A DNA stretch of 63,979 bases, counting the filler, from Pirum gemmata (taxonomy: Eukaryota): NCBI GenBank assembly GCA_002812295.1. It is 7 parts of 7 records of this genome, joined end to end, with 100 filler letters (N's around TTAATTAATTAA, not from the genome) between each part and the next. Parts side by side here need not be neighbours in the genome. Positions count along the whole stretch, not along the records: positions 46,991 to 55,828 come from PDIN01000067.1; positions 55,929 to 63,979 come from PDIN01000097.1; 5 more parts are not named here. The stretch is one strand, 5' to 3'. Below, in pieces: positions 52,309 through 63,979 of this stretch. A model generated the notes under the pieces. The model searched no databases, was not told the DNA's origin, and worked only from the letters and a program-made list of their open reading frames with translations. A program made the translations under genes and the position numbers. Numbering within the stretch: the stretch's first letter is position 1; every line of letters starts with the position of its first letter.

Positions 52309-52841
52309 AAAAACACGATCGACTAGTATCATACGCTCATAGAAGTATAGCAGACTAGCTATCGATAGCCTCTAGTAGCTATCAATAGCTGTATATTATT
52401 ATAGCAGGTCTACCTACCTAGCTAGTCTAGACTCTAGGGTGATCAGTTGATTGGAGTCAGTTGATAGCTACAGTAGCTAGACTATTATACTGCCAGTAGT
52501 AGTAGTGAAGAAGGTATTTTCAAGTCTTATATAAATTATAATCAGTGTACCTCAAGAGTGGCCTGGCCTATTAGGTTCTGATTTTTTTTTTTAAAAAAAA
52601 AAGTTACAAATGAGCTTTACGAATGAGTCTTTATATAGACAGACTCTCCACCTTTCCTCTGCACCTTTCCTCCACTTTTTGGGTTTAGAGGGAACTTTAG
52701 AGTCTAGACAGTTAGACTAAGACTACTACTAACAGAATCGAGCCAACCAGATCATTTGAAACACTACACCACAGAGTCATGGGGGTTAAAAAAAAAAAAA
52801 AAAAAAAAAATTTTCTAAACTTTTTAATCAGACACTGTAAT

Positions 52842-53028
52842 ATTGTGCTTTTCATTTATTTTGTCACTCCAAATATTTATTTGGTTTGTTATGATATTTA
52901 AATTGACTTTTTTAAATGAATAAATAGATAATAAAATATACCAAATTAAATAAAATGGATATATATTGTATTAATTTGGTACTCTTTATTTATATTTTAT
53001 GATGACAAAACAACTGAAAAGCACGATA
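52842..53028. mobile_element. MITE family A copy (reverse, most intact)
   Basis: ATTGTGCTTTTCATTTATTTTGTCA ... TGACAAAACAACTGAAAAGCACGAT, flanked by TA. Confidence 0.85.
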
Positions 53029-53734
53029 GTATTGACAATACTATCGATACTAGCTAGACTACCATGTCATAATGATAAGTATCGTGATATCTATGATAAT
53101 TAATTAATTGATAGTGTTAGACTCTAGCTGGCTAGCTAGAGCTAGTATACACGTAACACGATAAGCAGAACAAAATTTTTGGTTGAAATTATAGAACCTG
53201 AAGGCTGAAGGAACTATTAAAATTGAAAGTATGATAAAAAAATGGTATGATATTATACCTTTGCAAAAGCTAGGAAATAATAATATAGCCATGAGAACTA
53301 AAATGGGTTTAGTTCTCACACTGATTAGACTATGGGAACTAAACTTAGTCTCTAAGCTAGTTCTATGGTTAGACTACAAGCATGGGAGTGATGGGACTAG
53401 TAGTAGGTCTCTAGCTAGCTAGGTGCTACAAGTATTGTATGCTTATTAATATTAATTAAGTGCGTTATTTTGGTAAGTTTTATTAATAATTCATCACTTC
53501 TGAAATTTAAAAACTGTCAGCAGACTACTAGTGTCTATTTGTCAGCATGGGGGCATTTTTGGCATCAATTGAGGCCGTTTTCACTTGCTTTGTATAACAA
53601 CTTCTAATTACTCAATTGAAATAAAAAGTATATCAAATAATAGGAAATTGTGTCAATGGTATGTGTCTGTCTTATCAAACATTGATGTTCACTTCGTAGA
53701 GTAGTCATAACTGAAATGGGTGTGTAACTTGTTT

Positions 53735-54115
53735 TCTAAAGAGAAATTTTATTTTTTTTTTAAAAAAAGTTCCTGTTTTCCTTTATTATAAAAAAAGGAG
53801 GAGCAGTAGGTTATCTAGTTAAACAAAAGTTGTAATTTGTTGATTTGTTTCATAATACTTTGGTATAAGTTAATGATATAAGTTAATGATTTGATTGTCA
53901 GTTGGTCGTGACTTGTTGTACTTTTCATGAATAGGACCATAATATATAGTGTATGAGGAGTAATTGTATTGTTCTTTTTTTGTAGAAATATTTCGTTTTT
54001 AATTAAACTTTGTTCCTAGAATTATAGCGTTGTAGTCGTTGTTGTGGAAATTGTTGGAGTTGTCGTCTATATTCGGGTTTATATTTAATACTTTTTTGAT
54101 GTAGGTTAGCCATTC
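53735..54115 (-). mobile_element. Probable 5'-truncated non-LTR retrotransposon remnant (shorter copy at 48296-48500)
   Basis: Shares one end (aaaagttcctgttttcctttat) with the 48296 and 58705 copies; the other end varies in length. Confidence 0.5.
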
Positions 54116-54319
54116 TAGTCTAGTTATATATATATAAAAAGATACTGTTATGATATCGATACTGTATACATAACGAGGACAACAACTTTGCTATAACCAA
54201 ACTACAGACCAAACTAGACTACTATAGACCAAGCTAAAAACAAAAAAACAAAAAAACACGATACAACAAAGAGGAATTAAAAGAATAAGTAGCTTTTTTT
54301 TTAACTCCACCTTTTCCAC

Positions 54320-55615
54320 ATCCTCACCTAAAGATGCATTCACTATTTTTGTTTTCTTCTCTTTTTCACATTTTGGCTTTTGTTTGTTGTTTCCGTCCTC
54401 GTTACACTTTACTAATTAACAATAAAATAACTTAAATCAAAGAAAAGAATATTAAGCCTTTCACTTCCTTTTCTGAATACAATAACTCAACTAACGAAAT
54501 GAATATGAGGCCTTTCATTTCCTTTTCTAAATGCAAACTTCTATATAATAGCAATTTTTTGGATTAGTATCAGCACAGCCTTAGTTCTGCTTCTAATTAA
54601 TATTTAATATAAGTAATTATTGAAAAAAAGAACAATTGCTTTAAGAAATGGTTCCAAAACAGTCAAAATAGAAGATGGCATGCTGAATATCACAAATAGA
54701 ATCTCATGGCTAAAATCCCGAAGTGCAAAAATATTTGAAAAATTAAAAATGGGTAAAAACAAAGACTTTCTTTCAGAAAAAAGGAATGGGTGTGTTTCAA
54801 AAAAAAAACATTTTGCATGTAGTATATGTTTCGCCATTTTCCCTTTGCCTTTACCTTTCTGAATTTGCTCAACACATAAATTTTTATAGTCTTCTTCATA
54901 ATATTATCATATTAATGCTTTTTTTGTTACATTACTGTCTTCTGTCTTGGAAACAAAATGCTGTGGTGTTATTTCGGGTACAATTTCTTCATTCTTACTT
55001 CCTGTTTCAGAGTGTTTCACTATAATAAATGTAAAAAAAATAAAATAGCATTAGTAGCTGTCCAGAAAAAGACGATACAATTAATGCAATCATGACATAA
55101 TAAATGCAATAAAATAAATATAATAAATAAAACTAGAACTAAGCAAGGTGAACTCAAACGGCAATAAGAATGTCAAAAATAAATAGAAAACACTTACTTT
55201 TGGATAAAAACGCATTCCAAAATATAGCAAACACACTGACATACACAACACGATATTGGCCAGGTAAGTATTTAAAATTAACAAATTGAACAGCAGGCCA
55301 AAATAGACAGTCCATCATATATGTGTACAAAAACTTTTCTTTTAATTCATCAACAATCTACCGAAAAAAGTGCAAAATAAGTAAAAAAGAGCTAGATGTT
55401 GTAATTTTCTTAAAATAAAGTAATTATATTGTTTACACAAGGGAATCAAGAAGAATAATTTTTAAGTTAATCCAATAACATAACGAAGTAACAATGTCAA
55501 AAAAAAAAAACAGTTACAATGTATATCTAGTTACTTACATCCTTTATACTTCTTTGTTCTATTGCACCGTATAAAGCAAAAAAAACGCCTGTGCAGTAAG
55601 GTGCATATATCTAGT
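54320..55615 (-). pseudogene. Scattered exon-like fragments of an unidentified, probably decayed gene
   Basis: Several AG...GTAAGT-bounded coding-like blocks (e.g. IYAPYCTGVFFALYGAIEQRSIKD at about 55610-55539), one with an in-frame stop. Only a faint resemblance to RhoGEF DH segments. Confidence 0.25.
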
Positions 55616-55947
55616 GGAGGAAATAGGGCAACGTATGATGAGTAAATGAGTTTATGACACTTAATAGTAAGGAAAATGGTTGGACGATTATCGTAGCCCA
55701 CCTAAGAGACAACTTATAAAAAGAATTATGCCCATACTGTAAATTAGTGTTGTGATAAATGAAATAAGGTGCAAATAAGAATAAGAATAAGAATAAGAAT
55801 AAGAATAAGAATAAGAATAAGAATAAGANNNNNNNNNNNNNNNNNNNNNNNNNNNNNNNNNNNNNNNNNNNNTTAATTAATTAANNNNNNNNNNNNNNNN
55901 NNNNNNNNNNNNNNNNNNNNNNNNNNNNATATAATAAATCGTTATAT

Positions 55948-55989
<42 letters not shown>

Positions 55990-58683
55990 GTATTATATTA
56001 TTATTATAATTGAGATATGGGTTTTTGTGGCTTAGACTAGCTTTTTTGAAGCTCAAAATTATATTCTACTCCGATATTTTCATATCTAGAAAAATACTCT
56101 TAGACCAATCCTTAGACTTATTTTCATATAAAAATTAAATGAACATCTTTGATTGAAAATAATTAAAATTGACCAATAAAATTGTTTTATTTAAAATTTT
56201 AATTGTGCATTTTTAATTTTTTTTGGCTGGAAAATGGATCTAGCTCTCAGAGCTAGATCCATCAAAAAAAAAAACCGATGTAGCTCTGAGAGCTACAAAA
56301 TATACCGAGGGTTAAAAAAAAAATAGCGAAAAGTTTGGCGTATTTTCAAACCCAGCAAGTAAGCTTTTTTTATTTCGTTTTTTCTTTGTGTTTGTTCCCT
56401 TTCTAAAAAACAGATGAGCGAGTGCCTAGCTAGAGCTAGCTCTAGCTAGTAGTAGCTACCGATGAATGCACCTATCATAGCCCCTACGATAGCTAAAAAA
56501 TAGCTCTGTCTTGAAAAAAAAAAAAAAAAAAAACCTTTTTGAAATGAAATTTTTTTTTGTTTTTTTTATATTATCATATTATATTTTAAAAGTGATAATT
56601 TGAATTTTGTTTTTGTTTGACATTATTAATGAAATCGCTGACTTTGCATTAACATTATTACAATTAGCATTGGTGGGTGATATTAGGAAGGAGTAGGGTT
56701 AGGATTAGGATTACTATAGGATTTTTTAAAAGTATAAGTTATAATTAGGGTTAGGACTTGATTAGGATTAGAGTTCGCATGTATAGGTAAGTGGGTTAAA
56801 GTTAGGGTTAGGGTTAGGATCAGGGTAAGGATTAGCCTATAATATATTATATAGGGTTAATTACAATTAGGATTATAATTATAAATTAGGGTTAGGCTTA
56901 GGTTAGGGTCAGGGTTAGGGTTAATTAACGTTTAAATATATATAATATTATATGCATAATAACATAGGCTAGCTATGATCTGTCGTGTTTTTCAATAGTG
57001 CTCAGTTCAAAAACTGAAATAAACCAGTAGCTGTGAATAAACAAATTAAAACCCATCAGGAGCTCCATCAAACATGTTTTTATTAACGTTTTTATTAATT
57101 TGGTATCATATTTTATACTTTTAATGTTGTATTTTATAAACAAGTTCAATTATACACTTTTAATTTTAAAAAACAGTCCAAATTAAAGATTGAGGGTGAT
57201 AGTGATTCTAGTGAAATCGACGATATCTTTAGATCTTAGACTCATCTACCTAGCTAGCAGACTCCTACTAGGACTAGAGCAGTCAGTCTAGCTAGCTAGC
57301 TGGCTACTAGGATTCCATAGTAGTATCATTATCATAGTATTGATAGTAATTAAATTTTGATACTCATAGTCTGTAGGTCATCTAGCTAGTAGCTAGCTAC
57401 AGTAGCTACTAGTAGCCAAGAGCTCAGGCCAAGAGCTATGATAGCTAGCCCGTGATGGAGAATCATTCTCTAGGAGTCATTCTAGTCATTGGAGGCCAAT
57501 GGAGGGAGAGTCATTGGAGACTGGAGGCCAATGGACGGAGAGTTGACTGAGCAAGAAAATACTATGAAAAGTGAAAATCACAGGCTCACAGGCAAAAAAT
57601 CACTGCAAAAAATCATAGACGAAAATCAGATCACTTCTGATCTAAGAAAGTAAGAAGGGTATTATTTATTGGCTTTGGGTGATATTTTTATTTTTAAATG
57701 CAACCATATCCATTTTATTTATCACCTGATTTACATTGATGTTTTATTGGACAAAAATGAAAATATTTGGTGCTATTTAGGTAATAATACATAGGGGCAC
57801 TGTAGTGTAGAAAGTTATTAGAAAGTTATTAGAAACACCTAGCTAGCTAGCTACTAGATAAAAAGTTATAAACACCCTAGCTAGTAGTAGAAACACCTCC
57901 AGATAGAAACACTACAAAGCTAGGTTCTCTAATTTCCATTGGTCCAGAGCTCTTTAAAGCCTCTTTGTGAGGTTTGGCAGCCAATAACTGGTTTATTGTG
58001 AAATTTTATAGTTGTGATTAGCTGCTGCATTAGCATCATTAGCTTTCGTTTCGTATTATCAACGAAAATTTATTGTAGCTTTCATTCATTCAAAACTTCG
58101 AACGAAAAGGAAATTTGCTCAAAATTACAAAGTTTCATGTAAATTAGTATTATAATAGTATTATAATAAATTATTATAAATCTTTTTAAATACAATATAC
58201 TTATTTATACTTATATGAAATATATATGAATAATATACTGAATATATTATATATATGAAACTTGAATAGAAAGCGTTTTTTCGTTAACCTACTTCATTAC
58301 TTAGAATCGCATTTGAACTTCGAAATGGAGTTTACAAATGGATTATGGACATCGATACATTTTATTTATTTTTTAAATTTTATAAATTAACATAGTACGC
58401 ACTTTTTTTTTTTTTGATATTTTGATTGGCTTAGCTATGGTTAATTTCTAGATGAAACTGGACGTTGAACTGGACGGGTGGAAAGACGTCATTATCGTCT
58501 ATTTCATTGCAGTTGTCCTCGACTCAATCTTTAATTTGGTACTGTTTAATTGAACTTGTTTAAACCAAATTAATTAAAATATGCCTGATAGTTAAACCAT
58601 AATAATAATTTGGTACGTTTATTTCAGTTTTGAACTGGACAACACTATTGAAAGGTCTCATGGAAAAACACGATTATATATAT

Positions 58684-59195
58684 TCTAAAGAGAAATTTAA
58701 AAAAGAAGTTTCTGTTTTCCTTTATAAAAAAAAGAAGGAGCAGTAGGTTACAATTATATAGTTAAATTAAAGTTGTGTTTTGTTGTGTTTTGTTGATTTG
58801 TTTCATAATACTTTGGTAAAAGTTAATGATTTGGTTGTCAGTTAGTTGTGATTTGTTGTATTTTTCATAATAAGACCATAGTATATAGTCTATGACAAGT
58901 AATTGTATTGTTCTTTTGTTGTAGAAATATTTGTTTTGAACCTTTGTTCCTAGAATTATAGCGTTGAAGTCGTTGTTGTGGATATTGTTGGAGTTATCAT
59001 CTATATTTGGGTTAATTAATATGTAATATTTTTTTGATGTATGTTATCCATTCTAAATTATTCTAATCCAGTCTTACAGTTTTGTCTATGTTCAAAAATG
59101 TAGGTTGACTTCTGATGGAAATTCTTTGGAACAATATTGACATTGAAAAGGTTGGGTTTTCGACGTCTTGTTGGGTTTCTTTGGGTTAGTATCCA
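58684..59195 (-). mobile_element. Longest copy of the probable LINE 3' remnant
   Basis: The minus strand gives decayed QPFQCQYCSKEFPSEVNLHF...EWITYIKKIL...YNAIILGTK, resembling the C-terminal CxxC..H zinc region of L1/Tx1-type ORF2. Confidence 0.5.
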
Positions 59196-59753
59196 TGTAT
59201 ATATACCTATAGACGGTATCTAGCTAGTAGACGGTTTATAGACCCCCACATAATTATATACTTCCATTTGTTATACAATTTAAAACTATATATATCTTCA
59301 TTAATATTCAAATGCAAGTCCAACTTATTATCTCTTTTTAATAATCTTTGATATAATATGTTAAATATGATTTAATAATTACATCTTGTTTTTTTATTAA
59401 CGAACCAATTTTTTTGTACGTTTTTTGAAAATATTTTGTCATTTTTTGTTAATTGTATGTTTTTCTAAAGGATATATCATATATAATAGAGTCTATGGGC
59501 TCACAAAAATAATAATAATAATTTGAAACTCTGGCTCTTGATACCTGCCCTCTAATAACCTTTTTTTATAAATTTTGGGAGTAGACAAAGACCCCAGGAA
59601 AATTTTCATGGAGTCTTTGAGTAGACTGATAGAATCGAATGAAAAAAAAAGTTATAATATTATCATTTAAAAAATATGTAATATTATGATATTATGATAA
59701 TTATGATATAATTATAAAAAAAAAATGAAAAAAAAAAATTTAAAAAAATATAA

Positions 59754-59796
<43 letters not shown>

Positions 59797-60081
59797 AAAA
59801 AAATTAAAAAAAAAATAAAAAAAAAAAAAAAAAAAATAGACCAAAACATAAAGGAATTATTATTATTGTAATATTATATAATTAATTTACACATTTTGTA
59901 TTATAATATAATAAAAAAAAATTAAATTAAAAAAAAAAAAAAAACATAATTTCATAAACTAACAAAATAATTACAAAGCTAATCAACTTACACAGTCTTA
60001 CTCTTACACAACACATGTAATATCATATATTTATAATACACAACCAAATAAACAAAACAAAACAAAAGATAATATTTGATA

Positions 60082-61680
60082 ATGATCGGTTATAATTATA
60101 AGGTAATATTTTTTTCCTTTTGCAATGTTATCGCTGTGTATTTGTCTTTAGGCCAAAATATCAATAGTACAGAAACAATGAGGGTTGATGGTAATACAGA
60201 AAAAATCAGTACTAATAATAGTTATTATAATGATGATGATAGTGTAGTAGTAGCTATAGATGGCGTTGATTATTGTTTAGGACCAGTTGACGTTGTTATC
60301 CTAGTAGATAACAGTGGTAGTATTAGTAGTTCAATCTGGAACGAAAATCAAAAAAACAAAGAGCTAGACCTCGGAATTTACAATATGTATAACATGAAAA
60401 GGTTTTTGAGAGTTTTAGTTAATGAGTTGCCAATATCTGAGCGTGGAATTAGGGTTTCTTTAACCACTTATAATAAAAATTATAAGGCATACAACAAATT
60501 TGATCGCAAATCTTACAATTCGGATTCTTTGAATTATTACATTGATCAACTTCATTATAATAAAGGAATGATGAATACAAATAGTCAAATTGGGCGTGCG
60601 TTACGTTATATGCATGAGAAAATGATCGACCATGACAGTAATACAAGAAGATATAATGATATTTCACCTGTTCCATTTGTACTAGTTTTAACTGATGGCG
60701 GAGAAGATAATAGTGGTAATAACGAACATATTGATAATGTTGGACCTGGATTAAGGCAGGTTGGTTACAAAATGATGGCTGTTGATATTACAGGACAAGG
60801 AGATAAATTGGGCACTTTAAGCTCTTTAACAGGTGACCCCAATAACATTGTTACTTTAAATGATGCACGAAAGGTGTTCAACAATATCATTGAATTGAGT
60901 ATTGGTAATTGTCCAGGTAATAATGGTGTTTTTCCCAATACCAAAGATTGCCAGGTAAGCTCTTGGTCTACATGGACAGGTTGTATTACTGATGACCCTA
61001 GTCCAGCCGGTAGTACATGCAGTATGCCAGGCACCTCCACAAGAACCAGGCTAGTTGCGGTCGAACCCACCATAGGAGGGCAAGACTGTCCTGCATTGCG
61101 CCAAACAGTAACTTGTGGTATACCATGTGAATGTCAATTCATGGTGTGGTCACCTTGGAGTGATTGTGCATCTAGTCCTATTGATCCCGGTATTTGTGAA
61201 ATTAAACGAACTAGGGTTATTATAGCAGGTACTAATTGTGATGACCTCGATTTACTTGAAATAATACCTTGTCAATGCAGTGGTGGTGCTGATGGTAGTA
61301 CTGTAGGTGTGGATGGGGTTACTGATAACGGTGATGAAGGAAAAGATAATAGTCCTTCTGGAAAAGATAACAGTACTGATAACGTTAGTATTGATGAAGT
61401 TATTGACCCTTTACCTAATAATACTGATGCTATAACGAATGTTGTCCATAATAATAGCGCTAACACCAATACTAGTAATAATAATAATAATAATATTAAT
61501 GTCCCTGTAATTGCTGGTGCAACCGCTGCTGGAGTTTTAGTATTAACAGCAGGAATTGGTAGTTCGGTTTATTATTATAAGACTCATTATAAATTAAGAC
61601 TTAGTGCTGAGAAGACACAAGATCGTTACGATAGTTTACTTAGAAATGAATTTACGTTCGCTCAGTTTTCAGTTAATTAA
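60082..61680 (+). CDS. Type I membrane adhesin: signal peptide, vWA (MIDAS), 2x thrombospondin type-1 repeats, acidic/Asn linker, TM, short tail; intronless
   Basis: DVVILVDNSGS, VLVLTDG; DCQVSSWSTWTGC...RTR...GGQDCP; CQFMVWSPWSDC...RTR; TM VPVIAGATAAGVLVLTAGIGSSVYYY. Confidence 0.92.
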   Translation: MIGYNYKVIFFSFCNVIAVYLSLGQNINSTETMRVDGNTEKISTNNSYYNDDDSVVVAIDGVDYCLGPVDVVILVDNSGSISSSIWNENQKNKELDLGIYNMYNMKRFLRVLVNELPISERGIRVSLTTYNKNYKAYNKFDRKSYNSDSLNYYIDQLHYNKGMMNTNSQIGRALRYMHEKMIDHDSNTRRYNDISPVPFVLVLTDGGEDNSGNNEHIDNVGPGLRQVGYKMMAVDITGQGDKLGTLSSLTGDPNNIVTLNDARKVFNNIIELSIGNCPGNNGVFPNTKDCQVSSWSTWTGCITDDPSPAGSTCSMPGTSTRTRLVAVEPTIGGQDCPALRQTVTCGIPCECQFMVWSPWSDCASSPIDPGICEIKRTRVIIAGTNCDDLDLLEIIPCQCSGGADGSTVGVDGVTDNGDEGKDNSPSGKDNSTDNVSIDEVIDPLPNNTDAITNVVHNNSANTNTSNNNNNNINVPVIAGATAAGVLVLTAGIGSSVYYYKTHYKLRLSAEKTQDRYDSLLRNEFTFAQFSVN

Positions 61681-62168
61681 TTAAGTATTGTATTAAATAA
61701 TTGTTCTGTATTAGTAGAATTCAATTATAACAACAATTAATTATATTAATATTAACAATAACAATAACAATAATAACATTATTCAATAACAATAACAAAT
61801 ACGATAACAATAACAAAAATAAAATGAAATGTTCACATATGCAAAAAAAAGTATATAATAATTATATCATATCAATAATAATTACAATAAAATAAAATGA
61901 AAAAATAAGAATACTTTTGAATTTTTATCTTCGCTTTCTTTTCTTTTATACTTTTTTTATTTATTTCAATTTTTACAAATATGTAATTATATTTAATTTT
62001 GCTTTGTTGTTATCAACTACATATCAATATATTAATACTATCAGTATATACTATTTACCCATACCCATGATAAGTAGAAGTAGAAGAGCTATACATAGTT
62101 ACTTTCGAAATACCTCATATATATTATATATATACATATTATAATATAATTATATTATTAATATATAA

Positions 62169-62230
62169 ACACCTTTTCAGCTAAATATTCAGTCCGGACT
62201 GAATATGGCCCTATTTAGCTGAAAAGGTGT
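62169..62230. repeat. 62-bp near-perfect hairpin/palindrome
   Basis: ACACCTTTTCAGCTAAATA / TATTTAGCTGAAAAGGTGT enclosing the palindrome ATATTCAGTCCGGACTGAATAT. Confidence 0.85.
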
Positions 62231-63979
62231 ATAATTATATCATATCATCTACTATCATGTTTATATTACGAAAAAGCTTAATTAAGGTTCCTGTTCCATA
62301 GACATAATATCGAGCTGTATTAATATTGTTCAGATCGAAGCATGAGAATTGAGAAGTTCTCATGATCGAAGCAACCTGACTTAATAACTACATATACCTA
62401 TCTCTATTATATATATGATAAATAATAATATTATCATACCTTCTAAAAAACAAACAATGCTTTTTTGATGAATGGTTCTACTAGATCTAGAGATGAATCA
62501 AGAATGAAGGCTAATCACAGAGTTAAAACGTTCTGTCAACATTTTTTTTTTAATTAGAATGTTATAATCTAGTCACTTTATATATATATATATATATACT
62601 TATGAGCACTTATGATATTATATACATCTGAATTTTATTACATTAGCTGTAGTCTATGTATAGGATTCTCTATGTATACATCAGACAGCCATCAGACCAA
62701 AACCGTCAGAAGAGACTGGTGTGTTAGCTAGCCAGTAGTATCGTAGCAGCCAGAGGACTCCAGCAGGACTGATCTAGTCTAGCTAGTAGCTAGCTAGCTA
62801 GCTAGTAGTAGCGGTTGGGACTACTTTGGAAGTTTTCTCTTTCAATGGTTGCTGTTTGCCGGTTGGGACTACTTTGGAAGTTTTCTCTTTCAATGGTTGC
62901 TGCCTAAAAAAGCTAGCTAGAGCTAGCTAGCTAGCTATAGAGAGTAGTGGTTGCTGGCAACTTGCTGCTGGTGTTTTTTTTTTTTTTGTTTGGTAATTTT
63001 TTTATTTTTTATCAGTGTTCCCAAAATGTTGCATTTTTTCGAGCTTGTTTCAGTTTTTAAAATTTTCAAGCAAAAACTCGAATATTGCAATGAATTCTTG
63101 ATGACTAACTAATAAAAATAATTATATTATGATTTTTTACTAGTCTAATATTCTTTGCTAATACTTTGCTATGATAATAATATTATGATATTTAGACTAT
63201 ATATTATTTTAGTATGACATAGTATTTTCTTCTATTATCTTATTCTAAAGAATAATAAAGATTTTAAAAAAAAAAAAATTATTTCTCTAAATAGCTCGAA
63301 ATATTCACAACCACCTGCCATAATAATACTATAATAATGTACATCGTTCGGTTTTTAAAAAAGCTCGAAGTTTTTATTATTATCATATTATTATTATTAT
63401 TTAGAAAAAAAAAAAAAAAAAAACTGATAACAAAATTAAAAAATAATTTTTTTTTATAATTACTTCTAGAATCGACACAATCACAAATTACAAATATTAT
63501 ACATACAATTTTGCATTTTTTTATTATTTTATTTTCATTTTTATTTTTTTATTTTTTTTTAACTAGACTCTACCAAGCTGGATAAAAATGGCGACATCTG
63601 GCGTATGAGCTCAAAATCCAAAAAAATTTCAAAATGATCCAATTTTAATAAGAGTGCTACCAAATTTTGAAATATCTTCAAACTATATTATGAACCAATG
63701 GCTAGTTTTTAAACATTATTTGGCTAGTTGGCATTATTAAAGGTTTTTAGAAAAGAAGTCTAAAAAAATGATTTCTACAGTTTTATCTGGCTTGGCTGTT
63801 TTAAAAATAATAATAATAATAATAATGTATTACATGGCTGTATTACAATATATAGGCTTTGTTATGGCAAGTTAAATATCATATCATTATAATAAATAAA
63901 ACTTTTACGATATCACGATATCTCGGTCCTTTTTGTTTTCATTTTCTATTTTTTGTTTTGTTTCATTTCTTATTTTGTC

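Noticed and set aside
10146..55928. Recurrent TTAATTAATTAA palindrome within N runs, and any gene-cluster reading across blocks
   Set aside because: Artificial 100-bp concatenation linker; neighbouring blocks are unrelated contigs.
61570..61680. True TRAP orthology
   Set aside because: The tail lacks the acidic cluster and subterminal Trp; only architectural similarity is claimed.
15371..62902. Short local tandem duplications (15371-15480, 27950-28028, 50830-51050, 62812-62902)
   Set aside because: Ordinary slippage duplications or assembly overlaps with no further structure.

Overview
Very AT-rich, microsatellite-rich, intron-containing eukaryotic DNA. It has TTAGGG-type telomeric motifs and a POMGNT1-like gene, so it is plausibly a unicellular holozoan/opisthokont (inference). 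The window is not one locus: about 9-kb contigs are joined by artificial 100-bp N44-TTAATTAATTAA-N44 linkers, so synteny across linkers is meaningless. Contents: (1) a young Ty1/copia retrotransposon with an intact pol and odd features: gag split by a -1 frame change, gag and pol in frame across a UGA-C stop, a Mag/gypsy-style double zinc knuckle, TA...TA LTR ends and a half-tRNA-type PBS. (2) Spliced genes the ORF track largely misses: an RBM5/RBM10-like 3' half, POMGNT1-like exons, a membrane-anchored pectinacetylesterase/Notum-family hydrolase, and an inverted pair of divergent Ran-binding-domain genes. (3) Intronless genes: a single-C2H2 Asn-rich protein, a secreted Asn/Gly-repeat preprotein with repeated RxxR sites, and a vWA-TSR-TM adhesin with TRAP/MIC2-like architecture. 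(4) A compact array of decayed intronless ORFs, including a GT25 pseudogene, resembling an endogenous large-DNA-virus remnant. (5) At least five MITE families, probable LINE 3' remnants, a TTAGGG-containing satellite and pervasive (TAGC)n tracts.
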